Shown here in pieces: positions 25,871 to 36,235 of a stretch of DNA of 64,000 bases. Position 1 is the first letter of the stretch. Every line of letters begins with the position of its first letter. Below the pieces are notes generated by a model. It ran no database searches. It saw only the letters and a list, made by a program, of their open reading frames with translations, and was not told where the DNA came from. Source of the DNA: Corynebacterium casei (GTDB taxonomy: Bacteria > Actinomycetota > Actinomycetes > Mycobacteriales > Mycobacteriaceae); the NCBI GenBank assembly GCA_030535535.1, contig JAUNRU010000005.1:164-64163 (forward strand), given 5' to 3'. Position numbers and translations under genes: made by a program.

Positions 25871-27388
25871 ATGACCGGATTTATTACCGCATCACGGACG
25901 CTGCCGTACACCACGGATGCCGCCGCGCTGTTTGATGCCTTAGCCACCGAACAAGACTCCATGCTGCTGGAATCAGCTGATATTGAGTCCAAGAAGAACG
26001 TGCAGTGCCTAGCGGTTGTGGATGCCGCCCTCAAGGTCACTTGCCATGGACAGCGTGTGCGCGCGAAGGTGCTGACTCCAGCGGGTGAGTCCATGCTGGC
26101 TCGCCTCGAAGAGCAGTTGGCTGGCTATCGTGTTGCACCAGGGGAGTTCGCCTTTGAGCCTTCTACGGATATTGATGAGCGCCGTCGCCTGAAAGCCATT
26201 TCGAATGCAGAGGTTCTGCGTAAGCTGCAGTCAGATGCAGGTTATTCACACGAATTGCTTCCTTTCTTAGGCGGCGGTTTTGCTTATGATTACCTCGATA
26301 CTTTTGAGGTTCTGCCTGAGGTCCGTGATGGAGAGAATGAGTATCCGGATTATGAATTCGTGGTGGCGCAGACCCTGCTGCACGTCGATCACTTGAACCA
26401 GAGCATTGTTCTTCACGGCGTTGATGTGGATGCGGCAGAGCTTGAGGCGCGTCTTGATAAGCATCTGGCAAAGGCGCAAGGGCTTGTCGATGCCACCGGT
26501 GCCACTGATACTTCCGAGGCAGCCGGCGAAAAGACAGTCACCGTCACCGCGGATATTTTGGATAAGGACTTCCGCAAGCATGTGGTTGATCTGCAGAAGA
26601 ATATTTACGAGGGTGATATTTACCAGGTTGTCCCGGCGCGCTCTTTTTCCATGGAATGCCCGGATGCCTTCGCGGCTTATCGCAAGCTGCGCGAGACTAA
26701 TCCTTCGCCGTATATGTTCTATATCCGCGGCGCAGACTATGAGTTGATCGGGGCTTCACCGGAATCCAACTTGAAGTTCTCCGCTGATACCCGCGAGGTG
26801 CAGCTTTACCCAATCGCGGGAACCCGCCCGCGCGGTGCAACCCACGAATTAGACATCCGCAATGAGCTGGATATGCGCACCGATACCAAGGAAGTTGCCG
26901 AGCACACCATGCTCGTTGACTTGGCGCGCAATGACCTTGCCCGCGTAGCGGTGCCGGGCACCCGCCGCGTGGCAGACCTGCTGCAGGTGGACCGCTACTC
27001 CCGCGTCATGCACTTGGTCTCCCGCGTAGTCGCCGAACTACATCCTGATTTTGATGCGATTGATGCTTACCGCGCGTGTATGAACATGGGCACGCTTACT
27101 GGTGCGCCGAAGCTGCGCGCGATGGAACTGGTTCGTGACACTGAGCAAAAGCGCCGCGGTTCCTACGGCGGGGCAGTGGGGTATTTGCGCGGTGATGGCT
27201 CCATGGATAACTGCATTGTTATCCGTTCCGCTTTCATCAAAAATGACACAGCGATTGTCCAAGCCGGTGCCGGCGTAGTCCGCGACTCCGTCCCCCAATC
27301 CGAAGCTGATGAAACTTTGCACAAGGCTTACGCGGTACTGCACGCGATTGCCGCCGCCAACAACGCGACCTTGGAGGTCATCCGATGA
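25871..27388 (+). CDS. trpE: Anthranilate synthase component I
   Basis: LLES, NPSPYM, GASPES, PIAGTRPRG, AEHTMLVDLARND, GTLTGAPK. Confidence 0.97.
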   Translation: MTGFITASRTLPYTTDAAALFDALATEQDSMLLESADIESKKNVQCLAVVDAALKVTCHGQRVRAKVLTPAGESMLARLEEQLAGYRVAPGEFAFEPSTDIDERRRLKAISNAEVLRKLQSDAGYSHELLPFLGGGFAYDYLDTFEVLPEVRDGENEYPDYEFVVAQTLLHVDHLNQSIVLHGVDVDAAELEARLDKHLAKAQGLVDATGATDTSEAAGEKTVTVTADILDKDFRKHVVDLQKNIYEGDIYQVVPARSFSMECPDAFAAYRKLRETNPSPYMFYIRGADYELIGASPESNLKFSADTREVQLYPIAGTRPRGATHELDIRNELDMRTDTKEVAEHTMLVDLARNDLARVAVPGTRRVADLLQVDRYSRVMHLVSRVVAELHPDFDAIDAYRACMNMGTLTGAPKLRAMELVRDTEQKRRGSYGGAVGYLRGDGSMDNCIVIRSAFIKNDTAIVQAGAGVVRDSVPQSEADETLHKAYAVLHAIAAANNATLEVIR

Positions 27389-28026
27389 GCACTGTAGAAA
27401 CTAACACTGCAAACAAGCCGAAGGTTTTGTTGCTCGATAATCATGATTCTTTCGTCTACAACCTTGTTGATGCCCTCTCCGGCTATGACACCGTAGTCAT
27501 GCGAAATACCGTCACAGTGACGGAAGTACTTGAGCAACAGCCTGACATGATTGTGCTCTCCCCAGGACCCGGACACCCGACTGAAGCCGGCTGCATGATG
27601 GAACTCATCGACACCGTCTTGGGCAAAATTCCACTGTTGGGAATCTGTCTTGGTTTCCAAGCCTTGTTGGAGCACCACGGTGGGGAAGTAGCGCCCTGTG
27701 GCCCAGTCCATGGTTCGACCGACACGATGATTCTCACCGAAGCCGGAACCCAGCACCCGGTGTTCAAGGGTTTGACCACTGATGTGGAACCAGACCAGCC
27801 GGACTATGTGGGCACCCAGGTTCCTATCGCTAGGTATCACTCACTTGGCTGCGTCAGCTTGCCGCAGGGGCTGCGCGCTTTGGGCTACATCGATGACATC
27901 GTCATGGCTGCAGAAACCGAAGATGGTCTCGCGCTGGGTCTGCAGTTCCACCCCGAATCCGTGCTTACCCCAACGGGTCCGATCATGTTGGAGCGTTGCG
28001 TGGAGCAATTGGCATCAAAAAGCTGA
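27385..28026 (+). CDS. trpG: Anthranilate synthase component II (glutamine amidotransferase)
   Basis: DNHDSF, SPGPG, GICLG, RYHS, QFHPES. Confidence 0.96.
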   Translation: MSTVETNTANKPKVLLLDNHDSFVYNLVDALSGYDTVVMRNTVTVTEVLEQQPDMIVLSPGPGHPTEAGCMMELIDTVLGKIPLLGICLGFQALLEHHGGEVAPCGPVHGSTDTMILTEAGTQHPVFKGLTTDVEPDQPDYVGTQVPIARYHSLGCVSLPQGLRALGYIDDIVMAAETEDGLALGLQFHPESVLTPTGPIMLERCVEQLASKS

Positions 28027-28119
28027 AAAGCTAAGAAGCTTGCTCTAGGCAGACCATTAACCGCACGTTAAACACTATTTATTACAGTATCTATTAGTAA
28101 CTAGAAAGGACGCCCGAAA

Positions 28120-29139
28120 ATGGCAGCACCATTGAATGCATTGATGAAGTACCTGGACAACCCAGCACCGACGGTGGAGGAGGCCCATGAGGTTTTCTAC
28201 CCGTTGACCAACGGTGATTATGACGATATCCACATCGCCGCACTGCTGGCCACCATCCGCACCCGCGGGGAAACCTTCGCGGACCTGGCGGGCGCAGCCA
28301 AGGCATTCATCAACGCGTCGCGCCCATTCCCCATCACCGGCGAGGGCATTTTAGACTCCGCTGGCACCGGTGGCGACGGCACCAACACCATCAACATTTC
28401 CACCGGCGCATCCCTTCTGGTCGGCGCTGGCGGCGCGAAAGTGATCAAATGCGGCAACCGTTCTGTCTCCTCTAAGTCCGGCTCCGCCGACGCCCTTGAG
28501 GCACTGAACATCCCGCTGGATTTGGATGTGGACCGCGCGGTGCGTCAGTTCGAAGAATCTGGATTCACCTTCCTTTATGCACCGGCCTACCACCCAGCCG
28601 TCGCTCACGTGATGCCCGTGCGTCGCGCGCTGAAGGTACCCACTATCTTCAACTCCCTGGGCCCCATCCTTTCCCCGGCGCGCCCCGAGTTTCAGATCAT
28701 GGGTGTTGCTAACCCGAAGCTGGGCCGCACCATCGCTGAGGTGTTCAAGGAGCTCGGCCGTGGCCGCGCGATTGTAATGCACGGCGCTGGCACCGATGAG
28801 ATTGCCGTGCACGGCCCAACCCAGGTGTGGGAGTTGCGCAACGGCGAGATTGAGGAGTACACCCTCAACCCGGAGGACTTCGGCGTGGGCACCCATCAGC
28901 TTTCCGATCTGACTGGTGGCGATGGCAAGGAGAACGCTGAGGCACTGCGCAAGGTCTTTGACAACGCCGCACCGGCAGCGCACCGCGACGCGATTGCCGC
29001 GAATGCCGGCGCGATGTTCTACCTCACCGGCCACGCCGACAGCTTCAAGGAAGGAACTGATAAGGCTTTGGGCTTGCTTGCCGATGCCACGGTGAAGGAT
29101 TGGTTGCAGCGCCACGAGGAGGCCAACTATGCCAAATAA
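28120..29139 (+). CDS. trpD: Anthranilate phosphoribosyltransferase
   Basis: GTGGDGTNTINIST, KCGNRSVSSKSGSAD. Confidence 0.97.
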   Translation: MAAPLNALMKYLDNPAPTVEEAHEVFYPLTNGDYDDIHIAALLATIRTRGETFADLAGAAKAFINASRPFPITGEGILDSAGTGGDGTNTINISTGASLLVGAGGAKVIKCGNRSVSSKSGSADALEALNIPLDLDVDRAVRQFEESGFTFLYAPAYHPAVAHVMPVRRALKVPTIFNSLGPILSPARPEFQIMGVANPKLGRTIAEVFKELGRGRAIVMHGAGTDEIAVHGPTQVWELRNGEIEEYTLNPEDFGVGTHQLSDLTGGDGKENAEALRKVFDNAAPAAHRDAIAANAGAMFYLTGHADSFKEGTDKALGLLADATVKDWLQRHEEANYAK

Positions 29140-30604
29140 CAACCCATTGCCAACGGTGCTTGAGGGCATTGTTAATACCCGCCGCACGCACCTCGAGGGC
29201 ATCGCCAAGCGTATTGCGCATGTCGATGTGGACAATCTGCCGCGCTCTGAGCGCTCCCTCTATGACAACCTGCATGGCGCGACCAATGCCTTCATCATGG
29301 AATGCAAGTCTTCTTCGCCATCGCTTGGTCTGATTCGTGAGCACTATGAACCAGGTGCCATCGCGCGTATCTACTCGCGCTATGCCGCGGGCATTTCCGT
29401 GCTGTGCGAGCCTGAACGTTTCGGTGGCGACTATGACCACCTGCAAACTGTCTCCCTGTCCTCGCACCTGCCGGTGCTGTGCAAAGACTTCATCGTTGAC
29501 GAAGTACAGATTCACGCCGCGCGCTACTTCGGCGCTGATGCCATCTTGCTCATGCTCTCCGTCTTAGATGATGAGCAATACACCCGCCTGCAGGATGAAG
29601 CGCACCGTTTCGGGCTGGATGTGCTGACCGAAGTCATTGACGCGGACGAAGTTGAGCGCGCTATCCGCTTGGGCGCCAATATCTTCGGCGTGAATCACCG
29701 CAATCTCCACGACCTCAGTATCGACCTGAGCCGCTCCAAGACTCTGGCCGCATTGCTTCCCGAGGGCTCCGTGGTGGTCTCCGAATCCGGTATTCGCAAC
29801 AATGCCACCGTTCGCGCTTTGGGTGGACATTCCAACGCCTTCCTCGTGGGCTCTCAACTAACCTCCACGCCAGACATCGACCGTGCTGCCCGCCAGTTGG
29901 TTTATGGCCACAATAAGGTCTGCGGTCTTACTTCCTGGTCTGCTGCCCAAGCCGCTCGTGCCGCGGGCGCTGTCTACGGCGGTCTCGTTTTTGAAGAAGC
30001 ATCCCCGCGCAATGTTTCACGTGAAACCGCGCAAGACATCATTGCCCACGAACCAGACCTAGACTACGTCGCAGTCTCCCGGCGCACCGAGGGCTGGGCA
30101 GAACTCGCCGCCATCGAAGGCGTCATCGCACTGCAGCTGCACGCTCCTTACCAAGGCAGCCTTGAAGCTGAGCTGGACTACATCCACGCCGTGGTCCAAG
30201 AAGTCCGCGACTCTGGCATCGCCGTCGCATCCTCCAAGGATGAAGACTTGGACTTCGGAGCAGAGCAGGAGAGTGGTCTCCAAATCTGGCGCGCGGTCTC
30301 CATGACACACTCCGATGGCCCGGCGCTTGCCCAGGCGCTCATTGCCGACAAAGCAGTCGACCGCGTTGTCCTGGACTCCGGCGATGGCGGAACCGGCACC
30401 AGCTTTGACTGGTCCACCGTCCCGGCAGAAGTTCTTTCCTCCGCGCTGTTGGCTGGCGGCATTGGCCCGGACAACGTTGAAGAAGCACTGCGCGTTGGCA
30501 CCGTAGGATTAGACATCAACTCCGGTGTAGAAACCGTTAAGGGCGTTAAAGACACCGGCCTGATTGCCCGCGTGTTTGCAACCATCAGAAAATTTCACGC
30601 TTAA
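29129..30604 (+). CDS. trpCF: Bifunctional indole-3-glycerol-phosphate synthase / PRA isomerase
   Basis: ECKSSSPS, LCKDF, SESGI (TrpC); KVCG, GGTG, LAGG, LDINSGVE (TrpF). Confidence 0.96.
   Translation: MPNNNPLPTVLEGIVNTRRTHLEGIAKRIAHVDVDNLPRSERSLYDNLHGATNAFIMECKSSSPSLGLIREHYEPGAIARIYSRYAAGISVLCEPERFGGDYDHLQTVSLSSHLPVLCKDFIVDEVQIHAARYFGADAILLMLSVLDDEQYTRLQDEAHRFGLDVLTEVIDADEVERAIRLGANIFGVNHRNLHDLSIDLSRSKTLAALLPEGSVVVSESGIRNNATVRALGGHSNAFLVGSQLTSTPDIDRAARQLVYGHNKVCGLTSWSAAQAARAAGAVYGGLVFEEASPRNVSRETAQDIIAHEPDLDYVAVSRRTEGWAELAAIEGVIALQLHAPYQGSLEAELDYIHAVVQEVRDSGIAVASSKDEDLDFGAEQESGLQIWRAVSMTHSDGPALAQALIADKAVDRVVLDSGDGGTGTSFDWSTVPAEVLSSALLAGGIGPDNVEEALRVGTVGLDINSGVETVKGVKDTGLIARVFATIRKFHA
30013..30028. 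other. parS site (inside trpCF)
   Basis: TGTTTCACGTGAAACC. Confidence 0.85.
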
Positions 30605-30616
30605 GGAACACCAAAC

Positions 30617-31843
30617 ATGACTGAATCAACCCATACTCCGGAGACCAGGGAGACACTTCTTCCGGCATACTTCGGCGAATTCGGCGGACAGTTCGTCCCA
30701 GAATCTCTCATCCCAGCGCTTGACCAGTTGGAGAAAGCCTTCGTGGATGCCATGGAGGATGAGTCCTTTAAGAAGGAACTATCAGACCTCCTGCGTGATT
30801 ACTTGGGCCGCCCAACCCCAATTACGGAAGTGCACAAGCTCGGCGGCAAGGCCCGCTTGTTCCTCAAGCGCGAGGACCTCGTGCACGGCGGTGCACACAA
30901 GACCAACCAGGTTTTGGGCCAGGCATTGCTGGCTAAGCGCATGGGCAAAACCCGCATCATCGCGGAGACCGGTGCGGGCCAACATGGCACCGCGACTGCT
31001 CTCGCATGCGCGCTGCTAGACCTTGAGTGCGTTGTCTACATGGGCGCTAAGGACGTTGCCCGCCAACAACCCAACGTGTTCCGCATGGAACTGATGGGTG
31101 CCAAGGTCGTGCCCGTGGACTCCGGCTCCGGCACCCTTAAAGACGCCGTTAATGAGGCCCTGCGTGACTGGACTGCCACCTTCCATGAGTCCCACTACCT
31201 GTTGGGTACTGCGGCTGGCCCACACCCATTCCCAACGATTGTGCGCGAATTCCATCGCGTCATCTCCACTGAGGCAAAAGCTCAGATGCTTGAGCGCATC
31301 GGCGGTCTGCCGGACCTCGTGGTCGCTTGCGTCGGCGGCGGCTCCAATGCGATTGGTATGTTCGCGGACTTCATTGATGAGGAAAACGTGGAACTCGTGG
31401 GCGCCGAACCAGGCGGCGAAGGCCTTGACTCCGGCAAGCATGGTGCCACCATTAATAACGGCACCATTGGCATTCTGCATGGCGCTCGCAGCTATCTGAT
31501 GCGCAACGCAGACGGCCAAGTAGAGGAGTCTTACTCCATCTCTGCCGGTCTGGACTACCCAGGCGTTGGTCCACAGCACGCACACCTGCACGCCACCGGC
31601 CGCGCCAAGTACGTCGGCATTACGGACGCTGAAGCACTCGAAGCATTCCAGCTGCTTTCTCAACAAGAGGGCATTATCCCGGCTCTCGAATCCTCACACG
31701 CCCTGGCCTACGCGCTCAAGCGTAAGGACGAGGACATCAATATTCTGGTCTCCTTGTCCGGTCGCGGCGATAAGGACATTGACCATGTCCGCCGCACCCT
31801 CGAAGAGCACCCAGAGCTTGTCATCAACAAGGAGATTATCTAA
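30617..31843 (+). CDS. trpB: Tryptophan synthase beta chain
   Basis: [39 protein letters not shown]. Confidence 0.98.
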   Translation: MTESTHTPETRETLLPAYFGEFGGQFVPESLIPALDQLEKAFVDAMEDESFKKELSDLLRDYLGRPTPITEVHKLGGKARLFLKREDLVHGGAHKTNQVLGQALLAKRMGKTRIIAETGAGQHGTATALACALLDLECVVYMGAKDVARQQPNVFRMELMGAKVVPVDSGSGTLKDAVNEALRDWTATFHESHYLLGTAAGPHPFPTIVREFHRVISTEAKAQMLERIGGLPDLVVACVGGGSNAIGMFADFIDEENVELVGAEPGGEGLDSGKHGATINNGTIGILHGARSYLMRNADGQVEESYSISAGLDYPGVGPQHAHLHATGRAKYVGITDAEALEAFQLLSQQEGIIPALESSHALAYALKRKDEDINILVSLSGRGDKDIDHVRRTLEEHPELVINKEII

Positions 31844-31845
31844 CC

Positions 31846-32709
31846 ATGACTGCTACACGTGATGGCGCCGCTCGCTTTGATGCGCTCTTCTCAGCACTCG
31901 ATGAAAAGAACGAAGGAGCATTCGTCCCCTTCATCATGCTCAACGATCCGACCCCTGAGGCCAGCCTGGAAATCATCCGCACCGTGGTTGAAGCAGGCGC
32001 CGATGTCCTGGAACTCGGCGTGCCATTCTCCGACCCAGTGGCTGATGGCCCAACCATTCAGGCCTCCCACATCCGCGCTTTGGACAACGGCGCTACCGTC
32101 GATGGCTCCTTGAACCTAGTCCGCCAGATTCGCGAAGAATTCCCCGATACTCCGATCGGCATGCTCATCTACGGCAATGTACCTTTCACCCGCGGCCTGG
32201 ATAAGTTCTACGAGGAATTCGGTGAGGCGGGCGCCGATGCAATCCTCATCCCGGACGTTCCTGTCCGCGAAGGCGCACCTTTCGCCGCCGCCGCTGAAAA
32301 GGCTGGTGTAGCTCCAGTCTTCATCGCCCCTGCCCGCGCCTCCGAGCGCACCCTGGAAGGCGTTGCGAAGTACTCCAAGGGCTACATCTACGCCGTCTCC
32401 CGCGACGGTGTCACCGGCACTGAGGTTGAATCTGAAACCCTCGGCCTTGATGAGGTAGTGGCCAATATCCATCGCTACAACGGCGCTCCTGCCTTGCTGG
32501 GCTTCGGCATCTCCACCCCACAGCACGTCGCAGATGCCGTCGCCGCCGGTGCCGCTGGCGCCATTACCGGCTCCGCAATCACCAAGATTGTCAACGGCTA
32601 TGTTTCACGTGAAACCGAAGGCTCACCAGCCGTCGTCACCGATATCGAAGGCATGAAGAAAGAACTCACCGAGTACGTCTCCGCTATGAAGGCAGCTACG
32701 AAGAAGTAG
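31846..32709 (+). CDS. trpA: Tryptophan synthase alpha chain
   Basis: ELGVPFSDPVADGPTIQ, GVTG, GFGIS, GSAI. Confidence 0.98.
   Translation: MTATRDGAARFDALFSALDEKNEGAFVPFIMLNDPTPEASLEIIRTVVEAGADVLELGVPFSDPVADGPTIQASHIRALDNGATVDGSLNLVRQIREEFPDTPIGMLIYGNVPFTRGLDKFYEEFGEAGADAILIPDVPVREGAPFAAAAEKAGVAPVFIAPARASERTLEGVAKYSKGYIYAVSRDGVTGTEVESETLGLDEVVANIHRYNGAPALLGFGISTPQHVADAVAAGAAGAITGSAITKIVNGYVSRETEGSPAVVTDIEGMKKELTEYVSAMKAATKK
32601..32616. other. parS site (inside trpA)
   Basis: TGTTTCACGTGAAACC. Confidence 0.82.
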
Positions 32710-32755
32710 AACTCTCGGTAGCGCGCAGACAAGCAGCGCTACCGCGCCCACGAGA

Positions 32756-32799
32756 AAGGCCTGGCTCCACACACCATCACGGTGTTGAAACCAGGCCTT
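32756..32799. terminator. Bidirectional terminator after trpA
   Basis: AAGGCCTGG...CCAGGCCTT with inner ACACC/GGTGT stem between convergent genes. Confidence 0.7.
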
Positions 32800-32816
32800 C
32801 TTGCTGTCTCTATTAG

Positions 32817-34139
32817 CTATTCAGCGGCGTGCTTTCCCGAACTAGGGGAGTCACCCGAAGCGATCAGTGTCGCATCCGTAGAGTCACCATTCTCATCAAC
32901 CTTCTCAATGAATTCAGCTTCGTAGCCTTCATCACCGAGGAAGTTGTCTGGGTTGTCGAAATCTTCAATGTTGTTCTTAGCAAAGCGGTCAACGATCATC
33001 GCGATTGCGCCGTCGCCAGTGACGTTAGCAGCGGTACCGAAGGAGTCAACAGCGATGTATGCGGCAATCATCAAAGCAATCATGGAGTCATCGAAGCCCA
33101 TCATGTCACCCATCAGGCCAACCGCAACCATAACTGCGCCACCAGGAACGCCTGGGGCAGCAATCATCATGACGCCGAGCAAGAAGATGAATCCAAGTGC
33201 GGTGCCAAGACCAACGTTCAAATCAGCCAAGTAGACGACTGCAAAGCCGTACAGGGTCAGCTTGATCATCGAACCAGACAGGTGAATGGTTGCGCACAGC
33301 GGGATGACGAAACCAGCAATTGGCTTAGAAATTCCGTTATTCAGCGCCGATCGGTGCGTAACCGGAATGGTTGCCGCCGAGGAAGAGGTACCCAACGCGG
33401 TGAAGTATGCAGGAAGCATGTTGCGCAGTGCCTTGAATGGGTTCTTCTTTGCGATGGCACCAGCAACGACGTACTGCAGAACCAGGTACAAGATGGTCAT
33501 GCCGACGGAAAGAACCAGCACCTTTGCAAAGGCCGAGAGCACGTCAAGCAGGTTGCCATTCATTCCCAGGCCGAGGAACATGCCGAAGATGTAGATCGGC
33601 AGCAGTGGGATAACAAAGCCCCAAATGACCTTGATGACGATTGCTTCAAGCTCACGTGAACCCTGGTAGATAGTGTCTGCCTTCACCACGGTCATGGCAA
33701 CGCCTACGCAGAACGCCAGCAACAAAGCAGTCATAACTTCAAATGGCGCTGGCATTTCTACCTCGAAGTAAGGCGCGATGGCGCCCTCGTCGATGTCCGA
33801 AACATTAAAACCAAGAGACTGGTTACCCAACAGAACCGGGTACAGAAGCTTTGCGGTAGCAAGGGCAATGAGGCCCGCAATAATAGTGGAGCCGTAAGCG
33901 ATGGCGGTGGTGTATCCCAACCACTTACCGGCGCCTTTTCCAAGGCCAGCGATAGCTGGCGCGATGAGCGCGAAAATCAAGACTGGAATGAAGAAGTTCA
34001 GGAAGTTACTGAACAGACCATTAAATGTCGCGAAGATGCGCCCAAGCCACTCAGGGGCAAAAAGGCTCACGATGATGCCAAGAATGATCGCAATGATGAT
34101 CTTGAACAACAGTGAGTCTGTCACTTTTGACTTAGACAT
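32817..34139 (-). CDS. Dicarboxylate/amino acid:cation symporter (DAACS; SstT-like)
   Basis: TSSSAATIP, ATIHLSG, APGVPGG, DSFGTAANVTGD. Confidence 0.9.
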   Translation of the reverse strand: MSKSKVTDSLLFKIIIAIILGIIVSLFAPEWLGRIFATFNGLFSNFLNFFIPVLIFALIAPAIAGLGKGAGKWLGYTTAIAYGSTIIAGLIALATAKLLYPVLLGNQSLGFNVSDIDEGAIAPYFEVEMPAPFEVMTALLLAFCVGVAMTVVKADTIYQGSRELEAIVIKVIWGFVIPLLPIYIFGMFLGLGMNGNLLDVLSAFAKVLVLSVGMTILYLVLQYVVAGAIAKKNPFKALRNMLPAYFTALGTSSSAATIPVTHRSALNNGISKPIAGFVIPLCATIHLSGSMIKLTLYGFAVVYLADLNVGLGTALGFIFLLGVMMIAAPGVPGGAVMVAVGLMGDMMGFDDSMIALMIAAYIAVDSFGTAANVTGDGAIAMIVDRFAKNNIEDFDNPDNFLGDEGYEAEFIEKVDENGDSTDATLIASGDSPSSGKHAAE

Positions 34140-34323
34140 TGTTTTTCAATTCTATGAATGCGCTGCGGTGGTGGTCTACCTACTCACAACTATCGACAGG
34201 GACTCGCCACCGACAGATTAGGTTACCTGTCAAGCGACACGGTAATAACTGTAGCTCAGTGACAATGGTTTGTAATAGCCGCTATTTGGGCTTTTACCCT
34301 CTTTCGGGATTAGAATAACCATC

Positions 34324-34794
34324 ATGGTCGCTGTTGGTATTATCCTTTTGATTTCCGCCTTGTATTGGCTTATTTTTGGTGGCTTGGCCACCGCCCGTCG
34401 CCTTCCGGGAAATAAGTACTTCGGTCTTCGAATTCCTGATGTGCGCAAATCGAAAGAGGCTTGGGATGGCTCCCACGTCGTTGCCGGCCCAGTCTGGATC
34501 TTGGCTGGTGTCTCTCTAATGTTCGGTGCACTGGTTGCATTCCGTGCTTCCGGTTGGATGTGGCTCATCCCCGTCGCAACCGTTCTTATTGCATTGGTTG
34601 CCATCTCCGTTGGTTCTAACCTCGGCGCTCGCGCGGCACACCTTTACACTCTCAAGGCTCACGAGGAGGGTGGCGGATGCAGCTCCGAAGGCGGCTGCAA
34701 TTGCGGCTCCGGCGGATGCGGATCTTCGGCTGAGACTCCACAGGTTGATATCACCGCGCTTCGCAACGCAGTTAAGAATGTGGACGGCGCTTAG
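34324..34794 (+). CDS. SdpI-family membrane protein with Cys/Gly-rich C-terminal tail
   Basis: LPGNKYFGLR...EAW..SH motif, 3 TMs; tail CSSEGGCNCGSGGC. Confidence 0.75.
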   Translation: MVAVGIILLISALYWLIFGGLATARRLPGNKYFGLRIPDVRKSKEAWDGSHVVAGPVWILAGVSLMFGALVAFRASGWMWLIPVATVLIALVAISVGSNLGARAAHLYTLKAHEEGGGCSSEGGCNCGSGGCGSSAETPQVDITALRNAVKNVDGA

Positions 34795-34819
34795 CCCGCA
34801 ATCTCAAACCACACAATTT

Positions 34820-34847
34820 GACCCGGCCTCCCAAGCCGGGTCTTTTT
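34820..34847 (+). terminator. Rho-independent terminator
   Basis: GACCCGGC...GCCGGGTC + TTTTT. Confidence 0.8.
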
Positions 34848-35413
34848 GATCCCAAATGAGCGATTCATAAGTCTTTTCCAAGACAGGGGAGAGCCTAGCC
34901 CCATTACCGTCACAGTGACGTTAATAAGGTCGAGGCAAAACAATCACTCGCGAGTAAACGAGAGTCGTAATATTTCACTTCAAGCGAGAAGTAATTGGCG
35001 AACCCCTATATAAGGCCACCAAAAGCACCTTGTATGGTTTCCGTTCCTAAGGGTTGGCATCCACATTTCCAGTAGAAATATTTGAAGGGGGATTCCATTA
35101 GTGGGGATAGCCAACCATAGCGTTAACGGAATAATGGGAGAAGATTCAATCTAGGAGCGCCATACTCGCTACAACCAGTTGAATCTTGGGAGGCTTTTCT
35201 TTGTGTGACCTAGCCCAGTTTGGAGGAAGAAACAGAAACGACACGCGCTTTCAAACTTCTAATGCTTCAATCCTACACATCGTGCACCACTAAGCAACAG
35301 CCCAGGATTTGGAGGAGAATGAACCTCAAGGTAGCCATAGAGGAATCTGCCAATATCCTGAGCATGGGGAGTAAAACAAGACAATTCAAAGGTCATCGGG
35401 GAGAATTGAACAC

Positions 35414-36013
35414 ATGAATAAGTCCGCAGCCATTACCGCACTCGCCGTTTCCGCCCTTGCGTTAGCTTCCTGCTCTTCGGAGGCTCCTAATGATGACAAC
35501 GCGGCAAACGATGCGTCCACACAGACCACCGCTCAAGAATCCACAGAAGACACCAGCCAAGAGTCAACTGCGGAGACGCCTCAGGAAACCACTGAAGAGG
35601 CGCCAGCTGAGACCACCTCTGCATCCTCAGCATCCTCATCTGGTCGCTTCGATGAAGCAGCATTGAAGACTGAGCTCGAGGGCTTGGGTTACCAGTGCGA
35701 TGGAGATGATGACTGCACCAAGACTGACGGTGCAATTATCTATGACATCGATATTGATGATGATTCCGTAGACGCAGAGGTCCAGGGCAATGGCGAACTG
35801 GATCAGCATTTTGAGACCATCCTTTCTGATGTCGGAACCGCATTCGGTGACTACGACTTCGGCGGCGCATCATGGGATGAAATTGAAACTTGGGCAATGA
35901 GTGCAACCGATGACCAGGAAACCCGGATCGGCACCATCGATCTTGAGCACGACCTTGGTGATGATGACGGAGTTCCTACCCGCCAGTTGGGAATCGAACT
36001 CAGCAACAGCTAG
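35414..36013 (+). CDS. Hypothetical acidic lipoprotein
   Basis: Signal peptide with lipobox LASC, S/T/E-rich linker, small globular domain; SD GGAG. Confidence 0.8.
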   Translation: MNKSAAITALAVSALALASCSSEAPNDDNAANDASTQTTAQESTEDTSQESTAETPQETTEEAPAETTSASSASSSGRFDEAALKTELEGLGYQCDGDDDCTKTDGAIIYDIDIDDDSVDAEVQGNGELDQHFETILSDVGTAFGDYDFGGASWDEIETWAMSATDDQETRIGTIDLEHDLGDDDGVPTRQLGIELSNS

Positions 36014-36084
36014 TCGGGAACGTTTAGCTAAACGGGCACGGTGCACTCGCAGACTAGGTGATAGCCGGCGGAGCATCTAATGCG

Positions 36085-36121
36085 AAGAGGTACGGAGGCC
36101 ATTGCGGCCGCGTACCTCTTT
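36085..36121 (+). terminator. Rho-independent terminator
   Basis: AAGAGGTACG...CGTACCTCTT + T. Confidence 0.65.
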
Positions 36122-36235
36122 GTCATTCTTCTTGTTTGTCATTCTTCATAGTCCATTGCCGTGCGAGGTGCGCCTCTTCGCGCGTGGAGAATTGAATAAC
36201 AGGACAAAAGTAGGGTCGTGCGTAAACTAGCACTC

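Noticed and set aside
33649-33664. parS-like GCTCACGTGAAC (also CACGTG cores near 3840, 8968, 12810)
   Set aside because: Too many mismatches in the arms.
35220-35417. 65-aa ORF overlapping the lipoprotein start
   Set aside because: TTG start, atypical composition, no motif; overlaps the lipoprotein promoter and SD.
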